From contig MU054220.1 of assembly GCA_013239625.1 (NCBI GenBank), positions 992,848 to 1,056,847 on the forward strand: 64,000 nucleotides of DNA, written 5' to 3'. The DNA is from Lama guanicoe. Lineage: Eukaryota. Below the pieces are notes generated by a model. The model saw only the letters and a list, made by a program, of their open reading frames with translations, made no database searches and was not told the origin of the DNA. This document shows positions 1 through 12,050 of the stretch, piece by piece (the first letter of the stretch is position 1; every line of letters begins with the position of its first letter). The translations under genes and the position numbers were made by a program.

Positions 1-426
1 TTGAGCTTCCTCAGGGGCAGTGGATGAGTGACAGGCTTGTGTGTAGGTAGTTTGTTGGGAAACAGAATGGAGGCCGTAGATTGGGTGAGTGAAACAGGGA
101 AGAACAGAAAGTGAATCCAAGATTGTGTTAAGCTGGTTACCATTTATCCACTGGCTCCTGTCTACTAATGAACGAGGGTTTCCTGAAATTACGTTAATTC
201 TTCATAGAGCCAGGTGTATGTAAGTGATGAAGAAGGGTCTTCTAAGTGTCTCAAGCAGCAACTGTCTGGAAGGAAAGCAAGAGGTACACTGGAAAGAGAT
301 GTTGGGGGGATTAGTAGGATGAAGCTGCTCTTAGAATATAATTGTTAGCAGCTGGTTGCTGTATCCATAGCTGGAGAAAAAGTAGGTCAAGAGGGTATAA
401 GATAGAGTGCAAAAAATGTCCAACAC
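1..426. mobile_element. Old ERVL-type LTR fragment (probable)
   Basis: Purine-rich decayed sequence ending ...gtccaacaca, resembling old ERVL LTR ends. Family not identified. Confidence 0.35.
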
Positions 427-500
427 ACTCAATAATTACAAATCATATTTTTTGTAGATTTTCTAGCTCAGAGAGATAAGCTTATATCAGACCACAGTGA

Positions 501-1442
501 ATGGAGAATCTGAACAATATGACTGAATTCATTCTTTTGGGCATTACAAAGAATCCAGAGCTGAGGAAAATACTCTCTGCTGTGTTTCTAATCATGTATG
601 TGTCCACCATCTTGGGAAACCTCCTCATTGTGGTAACCATGGTCACAGATCAGAGTTTGAGATCACCTATGTATTTTTTTCTTACCTCCTTTTCCCTCAT
701 GGATACAACCTTCTCTTCTGTCATTGCCCCCAAGTTGATTGTGGACTCCCTCTCTGAGAGCACTACCATCTCCTTCAAAGGCTGCATGGCCCAGCTCTTT
801 GCAGATCATTTGTTTGGTGGAGTGGGGATTATCCTTCTCTTTGTCATGGCCTATGACCGCTACGTGGCCATCTGTAAGCCCCTGCACTACATGACCATCA
901 TGAGGCCTCGGGTGTGCTGTCTGTTGCTGGGAGGGGCCTGGCTGGGGGGACTTTTCCATGCAGTTATACAACTTCTCTTCATGTATCAAATACCCTTCTG
1001 TGGCCCCAATGTCATTGATCACTTTATGTGTGATTTGTTCCCATTGTTGAAACTGGCCTGCATGGACACCCACATCCTGGGCCTCTTGGTCATCCTCAAC
1101 AGTGGGGTGATGTGTCTGGCCATCTTCCTTATCCTCATCACCTCCTACGTGGTCATCCTCTGCTCCCTGAACTCCTGCAGCTCTGAAGGATGGCATAAAG
1201 CTCTCTCCACCTGTGGCTCCCACCTCACGGTAGTCATCTTGTTCTTTGTGCCGTGCATTTTCTTGTATGTGAGGCCTGTTGTTACCTACCCCATAGACAA
1301 GGCAATGGCCGTGTCTTCTGCTATCATCACACCCATGTTAAATCCCTTGATCTACACCTTGAGGAACACAGAGGTGAAAAACGCCATGAGGAAACTGTGG
1401 ATGAAACAAGCAACCTTGTGTGGCCATTATCTTATATGCTAA
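501..1442 (+). CDS. OR4C6: Olfactory receptor, OR4C6-like, intact (313 aa)
   Basis: Single-exon 7TM ORF with OR motifs [55 protein letters not shown] and [14 protein letters not shown] match remembered human OR4C6. Acceptor-like tttttgtag at about 450-458. Confidence 0.93.
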   Translation: MENLNNMTEFILLGITKNPELRKILSAVFLIMYVSTILGNLLIVVTMVTDQSLRSPMYFFLTSFSLMDTTFSSVIAPKLIVDSLSESTTISFKGCMAQLFADHLFGGVGIILLFVMAYDRYVAICKPLHYMTIMRPRVCCLLLGGAWLGGLFHAVIQLLFMYQIPFCGPNVIDHFMCDLFPLLKLACMDTHILGLLVILNSGVMCLAIFLILITSYVVILCSLNSCSSEGWHKALSTCGSHLTVVILFFVPCIFLYVRPVVTYPIDKAMAVSSAIITPMLNPLIYTLRNTEVKNAMRKLWMKQATLCGHYLIC

Positions 1443-1699
1443 GAACAAATCTTTCCTAAAGGACAATGAGGTTCTACACTCCCCATTCATTCTAATCCAC
1501 TGGGGGCACAGCAACCAATTATGCAAATCTGGTTTAAGATGCAAATATGGTTAATATTCAAATCATGTTACTGTCTACCTCTCAAGTATATTTTATATTT
1601 TATCCTTTTTCTTGAGGCTCTGATAGCTCTCATTCTCTCCTCTCTGTCTCTCTTTCTTCCTCCATATTTAACTTATATTTTGAATAATTCAAACATTTC

Positions 1700-2070
1700 C
1701 CAGTTTAGGGCTTTTGTTTTTCTTACTCTGTGCACTGTTGGAATTCTCTTTCCCAGAGATTTTACTTCACAGATTCCATCTCATTGTTTTACACTTTCAG
1801 ATGAACTCCCATCTTCTTCAGCAAGTCTTTCCTGATGACTTTCTGTAGTCATTCCCTCTCAGTTTTTCTCTAACTCTTCATCTGCTTATACCTCTAACAT
1901 GAATGATTACAAGCTATACTTTAAAAATTATTTCTTGATTTTTATTTTCTCCATTTTCCCATAAAATCATAATCCTTGTAAGGCCAGGGAGTTTGTTTAT
2001 TCAATCATGTTGTAATTAGAACACTGGTAGTCACCTAATAGGTGCTTAATAAATACTATTGAGTTAATAT
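1700..2070 (+). mobile_element. LINE-2 3' fragment
   Basis: Ends in an L2-type terminus (taggtgcttaataaatactattgagttaat). Confidence 0.6.
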
Positions 2071-2778
2071 AAGTCTAAAAGAAACTTTTAAAAAATATTT
2101 GCAAATTCACAAGTTGGGTAAAAAGTAGGGGACAATAAATAAATATAAACTCTTTACGAGTCAGAATTTTCCCAGATTTCATGCTGCCAAATGTCCTTTG
2201 GGGAAGCTTTTGGAAGAAATGACAATTTCAAGTTAGTAGGTTGTTATTCAGTGTGGAAGACAACACTATCCAAATTTTCAACTTCCTCTTTTCTTCCTTT
2301 AGAGAAGTAGAGTAAAAATCACTCGTGTCAACATAGTTACGAAATGGTGTCTAAATATTGAAACATATAGATGAGATACCTTGATGAGAAAAGAGCAACT
2401 CTAAAGACCTCTATTTTTTAACAATGTGAGAAACAATTCCTGCTATTATGAAGTTGAATTTCTAAATCCAAACGATGCTTATTTTCTTCTATATTGTGCT
2501 TTTTCTGTCATTAGACAGACATTGATGCTCTTTAAAACTGCCTCCCTTGACTGGGTATATGGGAAGACTAGGGTTTTAGTCTAATTTAGTATGCTGTTCT
2601 GGTTTTCTTATTTTTTTAAATATATGATGTAAATGATAATAATTACAGTATCAGTTATAGTATTTCAAACAGTATAGCATGATATTTGAAAGAATATTTT
2701 TATCTGTAAATATAAGATGTGTATGTGTAATAAGTATTTCACATTAATTATCATCAACTCTTTTCAAGAACCAAGGTA

Positions 2779-3260
2779 TTCATTCATTTTTTTGAAGAAT
2801 ATCTGCTGAGTTTGTATGAAAAGTATCAAATAATCTTATAGGATTGGGGTATACTAGTGATGAATAAGGCAATAAATTTTCATTTTGTCCTGGAGTTGAC
2901 TTTCTAGTGCAGGAGACAACATATAAAATGAAAATAAGGTCAAAGAATACGTAAAAATGAAAACAAGGCCATAGGATAACTGATTCTCTGAAAAGTGTAA
3001 TGGAGTGGTCATGGGTGACTGGATAACTCTAGTTAGGTGGACAAAGGGGGCTTTTCTGAGAGGTTATTTCTAAACTGAGACCTGAAAGGTGAGATAGAAC
3101 CATCCTTAAGCACATCAGTTGGAAAAGCATTCAAGGCAATAGAGAAAAAGTTGTGCAGAGACCCTCGGGTAGAAGTTCAGGGACGTCAGTGACAGGGGAC
3201 TAGAGGGAATGTGGTGCAAGGTGACATGTGAAAGGTGTGCAGGGCCCTGAATAAGGAATC
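2779..3260 (-). mobile_element. LINE-2 3' fragment
   Basis: Starts attcattcat...atctgctgag (reverse L2 tail) and contains ctgagacctgaaagg. Confidence 0.65.
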
Positions 3261-3475
3261 AATAATTTTTTAACCCTCAGGTTCAAAAAGTACTTGGGTA
3301 TCAGAGTAACCCTTAGAATGAAAATGAAAAATCAATCCTTCATGAGCTTATAGATGACACAAATTGCTATCAAATATATTTGCACAGAGCTTTTTAAAAA
3401 AACTTTTGCTATGTCAGTAGCAAAACATAATGTTTACTGCCTACAGCAGTTATCTTAAAGTTGAATTCCTGGATA

Positions 3476-4104
3476 TGATGCAGGAAAACAGATATGGGGC
3501 ATGAGAAGGGCTGTGTCCCAGGCTTCGGTTGAGCCCCTGGGATGTGCCCCACCAGGTGTGGGTCCTTGGCTTCATGCAGGAAGGAATTCAAGTGAGCCAC
3601 AGTTGAGTAAAGGTAGATTTATTCAGAGAGATACATTGAAATGCAAGAGAATGGTCACAAGGTGTGGGGATTGGATGCTCAGATTAAAAGTAGGTACATA
3701 CTCCATAGACAGAATGTGGGCCTTCTCTGAAGGGAGAGAGAGAGAAAGGCCACTGCCATAAGACACTGTGTTGCCAGTTTTTATGGGCTTTGGTAGCTTC
3801 ATATGCTAATAAGTGGAAGGACCACTATAGCTAGCCTGGGAAAGGGGCTGGGATTCCCAGGAAGTCGGCCATTTCCCACTTTGACCTTTTGTGGCTAGCC
3901 TTGGGACTGCCATGGGCCTGTGGGCATGTTATTCACCATGTTAATATATTACAATAGGTGTATAATGAAGCTCAAGTTTTACTAGAAGTTAAATCTCCCA
4001 TCATCTTGAGACTCAAGGCCCACTGGGGGTTGAATCTTCCACCGTTTTGATGTTAATTGCTGTAGCAATCCTTGAGTGGCTGTGCCCGCCCCCTTCCTGT
4101 CTCA
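3476..4104 (-). mobile_element. ERV (class I-like) solo LTR
   Basis: GC-richer block bounded by TG...CA (tgatgcagg ... cctgtctca). Minus-strand AATAAA at 3618-3623. TSD not clean (gata/gact). Confidence 0.75.
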
Positions 4105-4333
4105 GACTAACTTTACAACCCTTCACTCAGCTCCTGTCAAAGAAGATGAAAAAGCCCATGTAATAACTTTGATCTCTGTAAGAACCTTATGATAATTTTT
4201 TTTCAATTTTAATTATAGAATTTAAGAACTGGGAGGATCATAATGAGATCCCTAACCTTAAATATTTGTAATATTTTGGTAATTTTCCAGCATCAAAATT
4301 AGATATAGTATTCACCTCTTCCATTACACAGAT

Positions 4334-4787
4334 TGTGAAGGAAAAGCTGGGCTGGTCTAACAAGACAACTCACAGATCTAGGAATGTGAAGGAGAGGCTG
4401 GGCTGGGCTAACAAGTCTAAGTATTGGAATACTGATCTGAGTTCTGCTGGACTAACTCGTAAATCTAAGTTAATTAGTGTTGGTTTGCTGTTCATGTTTT
4501 TTTTGCTAGCCAGCTGGATTTTCAAAGATACATATCTGGCTTTGGAATGTTGGTTTGCTGCCTCCCCGCCTCCACTTTTGTGATGATAATGCTGCTAAAG
4601 CTGTTCCATGCCTATTGGCCGAATACCCCAAGCTTGTACTTTACCCTATAAAACCTCATGTGCACGTCTTGAAGGTGCTCAGAGCTTCGGAGCAGAAGCC
4701 CCTCTGAGCCCGCTGTTGGAATACATCTGAGTACTCCAACCCTCCGAGTGGTGCTTGTTTCTTGACTGGCCTGTCATTTCCGTTACA
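4334..4787 (+). mobile_element. ERV1-type solo LTR with perfect 4-bp TSD
   Basis: TG...CA ends, AGAT at both 4330-4333 and 4788-4791, TATA box (cctataaaa, about 4645) and an AATACA poly(A)-like signal near 4719. Confidence 0.88.
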
Positions 4788-5406
4788 AGATGAGAGCTGT
4801 TCTGGCCATTTATGCAGAATTTATCTTTCAGATTCCACAATTTTTTTCTCTGATCTGTTGCATAGGTCTCCCTAATTAGTACCTATGAAGTAGCTTTATT
4901 CATTAAACATATTACTTAGCAGCTCAAAGCCTGTCTTTATTTTTCTCTAACACTGTGATGTTTAAAATAAATCTTGATCTTACCTCTTTTTTATAGGAAC
5001 TTGCTGTTGCTAATATTAGATTGTAATTCATATAATCTCTATATCAGAATTGAACTTATTCAATTCAATTACTGAATTAGTCAATACTATTCATGATACA
5101 AAGACATCACAATATAAGAATATATGTGCAATGTATAAAGGAATACGTCTTTTAATTTGAGGGAGAGACTGGTCTAAAAATCATTTGCAAACTTCAAACT
5201 TATTGGAAAACATTGGATGAACTTGCTTCCTATTTCACTCAGAACTAGCTAACAGAAGAGAGAACTTATATTTACCAATTTGGCAGCACCCATTCAGTTA
5301 TATGCTACCTCCCTCCTGAGTCTTATACATGCATTATCTGTACTCCAATCCAAAGGCAACCAACCTCGTATACACTGGACCTCATCTCCGTATATTTACA
5401 TAAAGA

Positions 5407-5995
5407 TGTGGGAGCCCATGACTCGGTTAACAAATTTGTAACTGACCCCAGCCACTTGTCACTTTTAAGAAGGACAAATGTGCTTAGTAACTGCTTTGCT
5501 AGCAGGTGCCTGTGCATCCACAATCCTGTCTCCTTGCAGTAAAAAGCAGGGACAATCCCTTACTTGCATATTTGAGGTTTTAGATAGCACCCTGCTCATT
5601 GCAAAGCAATGACCCAGGCCCTCAGCTATAAACGCTGGGCGTGCCTGCTGTTTAGATAGTCTGTTATGCTGGAGACAAGGACCTGGCTGGCCTGGTGGCC
5701 TGCTTTGCAATTAACATATCTAAAGAATGTACCTTGTTCCCCTCTCCCCATGACTTCCCTAAAGATACACTAAGCCTTTGTACTCATACAATCTCAGTCC
5801 CATCTTGTCTCCCTAAATTCCTGCATCCATCACACAACTGTTCGTTGTTTTTCCTTTGATTGTACAGGATATATGTGGGAGCATTTGAGAGGCTTGTGGA
5901 GTTGGTCCCTGACTCCCTCCGGCTCTCTTGACTTTCCAGAGAGTCTCGAGTAATTCCTTCCGTCCCAGTGGTGCTTCTGCTGGTCAGAACCCACA
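5407..5995. mobile_element. Solo LTR, probably class II (ERV2/betaretrovirus-like)
   Basis: Inverted termini TGTGGG...CCCACA, 6-bp TSD taaaga (5401-5406) / tgaaga (5996-6001) with one mismatch, TATA-like ctataaa near 5626. Confidence 0.8.
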
Positions 5996-6129
5996 TGAAG
6001 ATATTGGTCAAAAATCTCTCCTATATCTCTTATTTCATCTACTTTTGCCTTATCTCTGAATCATTTTACATCAGCAAAAAGCAATCTGTTATCTCATTTA
6101 TCCTTAAAATATAATCTTGCCTGGTTCCA

Positions 6130-7005
6130 CTCCCTTTATCTTCTATGACTTCATTTCATCCTCTCTTCTTTGTAACAAAAATCAGGATGTTCTGTCATGC
6201 TTGTCTCCCATTTCTCTCCTTCCACTCTCTTTAACCCTATTCAATCACACTTTAATTACTTACACTGAAAATGCTCTTTTCAATGTCACCAATGACCTCT
6301 GCATCACTAAATAGAGTTGTCATTGTTCACTTCTCATGTTACAGAATCCATCAGCAACATTTCACCCAACCTTCCTTGGCACACTCTCTTCAGATGATTT
6401 GATTCCCAAATTATTATCTCCAGCTCAGACTTTTTTCTTGGGTTTGAGACCTGGAAATCCATCTTCCTCCATGGTAGTTCCTCCCAAATGACTAATAGAT
6501 TTCTTAACTAAGTCTGTGTCCTGGTTTTTACCTCATCCCCAAACTTACTCCACTCACAACATTCTCTGTCTTAGCTGATGGTACATTTGGTCTCTCCTTT
6601 TCATCCCACATCCAGTCTATTAGGAAATCCTTTTGGCTCAACCTTCAATATATATCCCAAATTCAATCACTTCTAATTTGGCATCCTCTGCCAAATAATA
6701 CTCTATCCTCAACAGAACACTCACAATTATCTTTTAAACCCATTAGTCGGATCACATCACACCTCTGTTCAGTACTCGGCAAACAGTCTCCCTGTCACTC
6801 AGGGTAAAAGCGAAAACCCTCATAATTAGTAAAAATTGTTTCTCTTTTATTCCACTCTTTTGAGTGACCCCTTACTGACTGCTCTGGCACCATTCTGTGC
6901 CTCTGACTGGTCAGGTAGGTTGTTGCTGTAGTGCCTTTACGTAGGCTGTTCTCCCTACACAGCACACTTTCTCCCAGACATCTGTATGACTAACTCACTT
7001 CATAT
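6130..7005 (+). mobile_element. LINE-2 fragment (ORF2 remnant and 3' region)
   Basis: Encodes TENALFNVTNDL, matching the L2 'STETALxKVTNDL' signature, followed by typical L2 3' sequence. Ends abruptly near 7005. Confidence 0.8.
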
Positions 7006-7751
7006 TGGTACATGGAAGTAACTAACTATGTTAGTCAGTCCTGACCTTGGACCTGGACAAGCAGAGACACTGTTCTTATCTCTACATCTTGAAGTGTCTT
7101 CTGAGAGATTTTCTAAGTTCTCTTTCAGTGTCAGGGGCTGGGAAGTGCCTTCTAGTGGGACACCCCAGCCAGGATTAGACTGCCTGGGTCTCGTCCCTGC
7201 TTTCCCCTCCAGGTGCTCTTCGCTGCTCTGTCCCTCACCTGGGGTCCACCAGATACCCCTGGTTACTGGATCTGCCTCTGTGAGGTGATCTCTGTCCCTG
7301 AGGCCAGGACCTTGGTTCCAGGAGGGCCGTCTAGGAAGTAAATGGCTCCTGTGAGCTGGTTCATTATTTCTTTATAATATTGTACTAAGTTGATTACTAG
7401 ACTGTTGTTTACATGCTGGTTTTGGGTGACATAGGACCTTTCAAGGATCTGGGTTATAAACGGTCCTCTGTTGACTCTGGCTTGGGTCAGGTGTCTGGGC
7501 CCTTCTTAGCTGTTACTTGTCTGAGACATCTTACATCCTGTGCATCTCTTCTGTGGATACCCAAGCAGGTCACCCCAGCCCTTCCACAAGCTCTATGCCG
7601 TGTGTCAGGCAGGTCTTCAGACGTGGCTGTGCTTAACTCTTGCAAGGCTTTGAAAGCATTTGTTCTTAATGAGGATTGTTCCTCTCTTGCCTCCACGGAT
7701 GTGGTGGAATTGCGCTCTCTTGTGTTGGTTCTTGTTGCTCATCCCCAATGA

Positions 7752-8033
7752 GTCACCTTGTTCTCTCTGAGAACCCATAGTCCTGAAGGGCAGTGGAAAG
7801 CCCTCTCTACCTGTGGATCTCACATGGCTGTTCTGGTTTTGTTCTTTGTCCCATGCATATTTGTGTATGCACGACCGCCATCTGCTTTCTCCTTTGACAA
7901 AATGGTAGCCATATTTTACACCGTCCTAACTCCCTTGCTCAATCCTTTGATTTACACTTTCAGGAATAAGGAAGTGAAAAATGCCATGAGGAAAGTATGG
8001 AACTGAATAATAGTAGTTTCTAATGAAAAATAA
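7752..8033 (+). pseudogene. OR4C15: Orphan 3' third of an OR4C15-like receptor (end of TM5 to C-terminus)
   Basis: [24 protein letters not shown]...[11 protein letters not shown]...[17 protein letters not shown] premature TGA at 8004-8006 is followed in frame by IIVVSNEK*, like human LMVVSDEK. No OR-like sequence upstream of 7752. Confidence 0.9.
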
Positions 8034-8547
8034 AGTGGTACACTTTGAGAAAAATTTTAAGTAAGAGTTTAAAAAGTCAAATTTTCTTAGACAGACACTT
8101 TATGTGGATGAGCCTCGTTTGATAAATCATAACACAATGCAATGACATTAACATGGGGCCCAACAAATAATGTTTTCACCCTGACATCTGGCAACTCAGT
8201 ATCCTCACATGTAAATTAAAAAGAGTTGAATTTTATACTTATTTAAATTCTAAAAAAAAAAAAGACATTACCTATTAGATCTCTTGCCACTCATTTGATG
8301 CTTTGATAAACTTTTGTTGGAGGGAAGACAAAAATTTCTTAGACATTAGAAAGAGAAACTTACTCAAACTGTTCCACCTGAAAAGAAGCTTATATTTAGG
8401 AGGCTGATCTCAGTGACTCATTAAAAAAACAAAAACAAAAACAATCAAGACTCAAAAATAGAAGAGATGAGAACATTCACACAACTTCCACTGTAGGGGT
8501 TCTTGTATCACATGTTTAGAAATAGCAAATCGTGTCTTGGATTTCAA

Positions 8548-8780
8548 GAAACTCTTCCCTGACTACTTTTTATTTTTGGACAGCACATCACTTTCTGGTA
8601 TACTACATAATTTATTTATTATTTTTAAATTATTATTGTTAGTACTTTTGTCTCCCTTCTCTTACAGGCAGTGAACTATGAGGCGGGGAATTTTCTTTTT
8701 TATCCATTGGTGTATCATTAGTGTCTAGACCAGCCTGATGTAGGAGCCGAGTAAATATGTGTTGAACAAATGAATAAATG
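8548..8780 (+). mobile_element. LINE-2 3' end
   Basis: Terminus agtaaatatgtgttgaacaaatgaataaatg. Confidence 0.7.
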
Positions 8781-9578
8781 AGACATCTTCCCATATTCAA
8801 ATTTAAACCTGTCTGTTACATTAATTCACTAACATTTTAAGTTTGGCAAAGAAATGTAATTAACTATTGCTGATATTAGACCTTAGATCTTAATGATAAC
8901 TATAATTCATGCTTAGGTAGAATGCAAAGCACACTATTTAAAATAAACTCTATATTCCGGTTAATTTTCTCATATCTAAGTCTAAATATAATATATAAAC
9001 ATTCAAATTGACAATAAACCCATTGTTCTCTGTCTACATTTTTTGTCACTCTTTATATTTCATTCCTTTTCTCACAAAATTAAATCTGATGTATATTTTT
9101 AAAGCATTTCTGATCCCAATAAAATCATATACAGCTTCAAATTTAAATTTTATTAGTGGGATTAATCTGGCCAGAGTTGCCTAATTACTCACTGGAACTC
9201 TAACCTTTGGGACATATAACTCTCATGTATCCTAACTGGCAATGAAAGCCAAACTGTGGCCACCACAAGCCTAAAATTGGAGAAATTTTTTTTTTTTAAC
9301 CATAACCCAAGCAAGATACTGAAGAGGTCAGGAATAATTGTGCAAACTGGTGTCCAAATCAAGAAATATTTTTGCTCAAGAGAGAATCTCCAGAAGCATT
9401 ATTTCTAAATTATATAGGAGTATTATTTTTCAGTAATTGAGATGCACATACATTATGTGCATGTACATATCCTAACATATGCATGTGCTTAATGAAGTAT
9501 CTTTAGAATGTCTAACTGTCATATGACGAAGGAGCTTCAAGACATTAAAGTGACCTGATTAAGATCATAAAGCAAAGT

Positions 9579-9763
9579 CAGTAGTGCTCACAACTTGGCA
9601 GAGAGAATAATCACTTGAGGGCTTTCCCCCACCAAAAAAAACATCTTAGTCCCCCTAGAAAGACCTTGAATCAGTGCCCATGGTTAAAGCATAAACATCA
9701 GCATTAAAAAATAAAAAAGCTTCCCAAGTGAGTGTAATATATGGGCAACTTTGAGAAACACTG
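9579..9763. mobile_element. MER5-like hAT DNA transposon fossil
   Basis: Ends cagtagtgctcacaactt ... actttgagaaacactg form imperfect inverted repeats; internal aatcacttgagg. Confidence 0.55.
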
Positions 9764-9914
9764 AATTCTAGGTGTTAATGGAATTAGAAATCTGAAAGTT
9801 GTGATTCTGAGTCCGAATACACTGCTATTGCGAACTCACCATTTCCTCAGTTTTCTTTGCAGATGAACCATTTCTCAGCTGTGTCTGTCCTACATTCACC
9901 ATAACAGCAGCATT

Positions 9915-10801
9915 ATGAATAGCAGTGTGAATGAGTTTGTTCTGTATGGATTAACACAGGATGTTCTAAAGGACAAAGTAGTATGTGTGATCTTCTTGCT
10001 TCCATACCTCGCAACTCTGCTGGCAAACTTCCTTACTGTGATGAACATAAGACACGTGGGAGCCCATGTACTTCTTCCTTTTCTGTTTATCCTTTGCTGA
10101 TGCCTGTTTGTCAACAACCACTGCTCCTAGGTTGATTGTAGATTCTGTATCTGAGAAGAAAGTCATCTCCCGTAATGAATGCCTGACCCAGATCTTTGTG
10201 GGTCACATCTTTGGGTGCATGGAGCTCTTAGTGCTTGTCCTCATGTCCTTTGATCACTATGTGGCCATTTGTAAGCCCCTGAGATACACAACCATCATGA
10301 TCCAGTGCGTCTGTAGTGTATTGATGAATCTGACCTGGGTGGGGTCTTGTATCCATTCTTCAACACAGATCCTCTTGGCTCTGAAATTACCCTTCTGTGG
10401 TCCTAATGTTACCAATCACTATTTCTGTGGTATGCAGCCTTTTTTAGAACTTGCCTGCATGGATTCTTATGTCATCAATCTACTCATTGTGTTTAACATG
10501 CATGGTGAGTTTAATAATGCTGCATATCTCCTATGTTTTCTTCTTACATTCTCTGAGTAATCAGAGTGCAGAAGGAAGAAGGAAAGCCCTCTCCACCTGC
10601 ACCTCCCACATTATTGTTATCATCCTATTCTTTGTACCATGTATATTCACATACATTCACCCTCTAACTGTATTTCCAGTGGACAAGATGGTGGCTGTGA
10701 TTCACACAATTGGGACACCCTTGCTCAACCCTCTGATTTATACTCTGAGGAATGCAGAAGTCAAAACTGCCAGGAGAAAGTTATGGTGCAACAAACTCTG
10801 A
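9915..10801 (+). pseudogene. OR4C11/OR4C16-like olfactory receptor pseudogene
   Basis: OR sequence split over three frames (9915-, 10066-, 10451-). Deletions near 10050 (before PMYFFL) and near 10498 (SGAI lost). MAYDRY has become MSFDHY and HFxCD has become HYFCG. Confidence 0.92.
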
Positions 10802-11356
10802 CTTGAGGGGCAAAGAGCAGAAGACACCAATTGCTAATTCTGTCACATTTTAAATAAAATTGGTTTTTTAGAAAAGGCAATGTTCTCATCTCAGTGTGGA
10901 CAATATAATCCTCTTCCAGTGGGACATTGCGGGGAATAGGCAGACTGAGCACAGAGCAAAGATCTATATTATTTTAAGCCAATGTGTCATAGAGTGACAG
11001 ACCATTGAGTACAGTCATATTTGTGGAAGCCCAAGCCTGTCCTCATGTCTGCTGTCTGTGTTGATACTTCTCCTCTTTTGAGGCTTGTGAGCCAGATCTT
11101 ATTGTTTCTAAAGTTTACCTTCTTTATTTGTACATTATTTTGGTTTGGATTTTTCTTTTTCACGTTTCTTATCCAAATTTAACAATTTATCGCTGAGTTC
11201 TGCCATCCATTTTGTTGGCAAATCAGTTACTGTTGCCTAATGTTGCACATAATTTAAAAAGAAGAAACTTCTACACATAAAACATATAAATTATATGTTT
11301 GGAGAGAGAAGAGGTTTTTGACAGGAGACATTCATCCATAACTTGAAATTTGATGT

Positions 11357-11458
11357 TGTTATGGGTTGAATTGTTTCCCCCAAGAAAAAAAAATGTGTTG
11401 GTGTCCTGATCTGCAGTACCTCCAAATGTGACCTTTACTTAGAGGTAGGGTCTTGTGG
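11357..11458 (+). mobile_element. MaLR (MLT1/MST-like) LTR 5' stub
   Basis: tgttatgggttgaattgtttccccc...aaatgtgacctt...agggtctt is the typical MaLR LTR start. It is cut off by the next element. Confidence 0.75.
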
Positions 11459-12050
11459 TGTAAGAACCTGACAGCTTTCTGGAGTGTAATGTAAGCACCT
11501 GACATTAAGCTTTTGATTGTCCAGCCATTCATTTCAAAAATACTCATCTTAATAAATACATTGGCATAACTAGATGCAGAGCCAGGCCTCTCTGTCCATG
11601 AAGTCCCCTTTTACAAAGCCCTGGGTGACCTATAATTGACCATTTGCGTGACCTTACATTCCCCTTCCTATGATTTAGTCCTTCTCTTATGTTTTAAATC
11701 CACTAATAGGGAGTGAACCCAAGAAGATGAAGGCATTCCACCCTTGACTTCAGTGGAGGCAGAACCCCAGGTTCTCTTCTCTCTCTCTCTGAACCTGCAG
11801 CTTCCCTGTGTGACCTCAGGCATGCTGTGTACCCTTCATGACCTCTGAGGAATAAACCTTGTTTTTCCAAAGTTCCCTGCTGGGTGTCGTTGATCATAAT
11901 AAAAAGCACAAGAGTCCATCTAGCGACAACATTGGTTCTGGTTGGGAAACTCTCTATGGGGACTCCCACAAGCAGTAGGCTCAGATGAGTGTGGCCAGGG
12001 ATTCCTAGCTAACAACATTTCTCTCCGTAGACTGAGGCGGACACAAAACA
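11459..12050 (+). mobile_element. ERV 5' LTR (11459-11931) with decayed PBS and leader stub
   Basis: tgtaag...caaca ends, tataa near 11630, AATAAA at 11851, then TGGTTCTGGTTGGGAA resembling a tRNA-Glu PBS. Confidence 0.75.

Noticed and set aside
663..1223. 186-aa antisense ORF, and similar ones at 38689-39024, 59382-59732 and 26731-26994
   Set aside because: These are shadow frames opposite OR coding sequence. Their mutual similarity only mirrors OR conservation.
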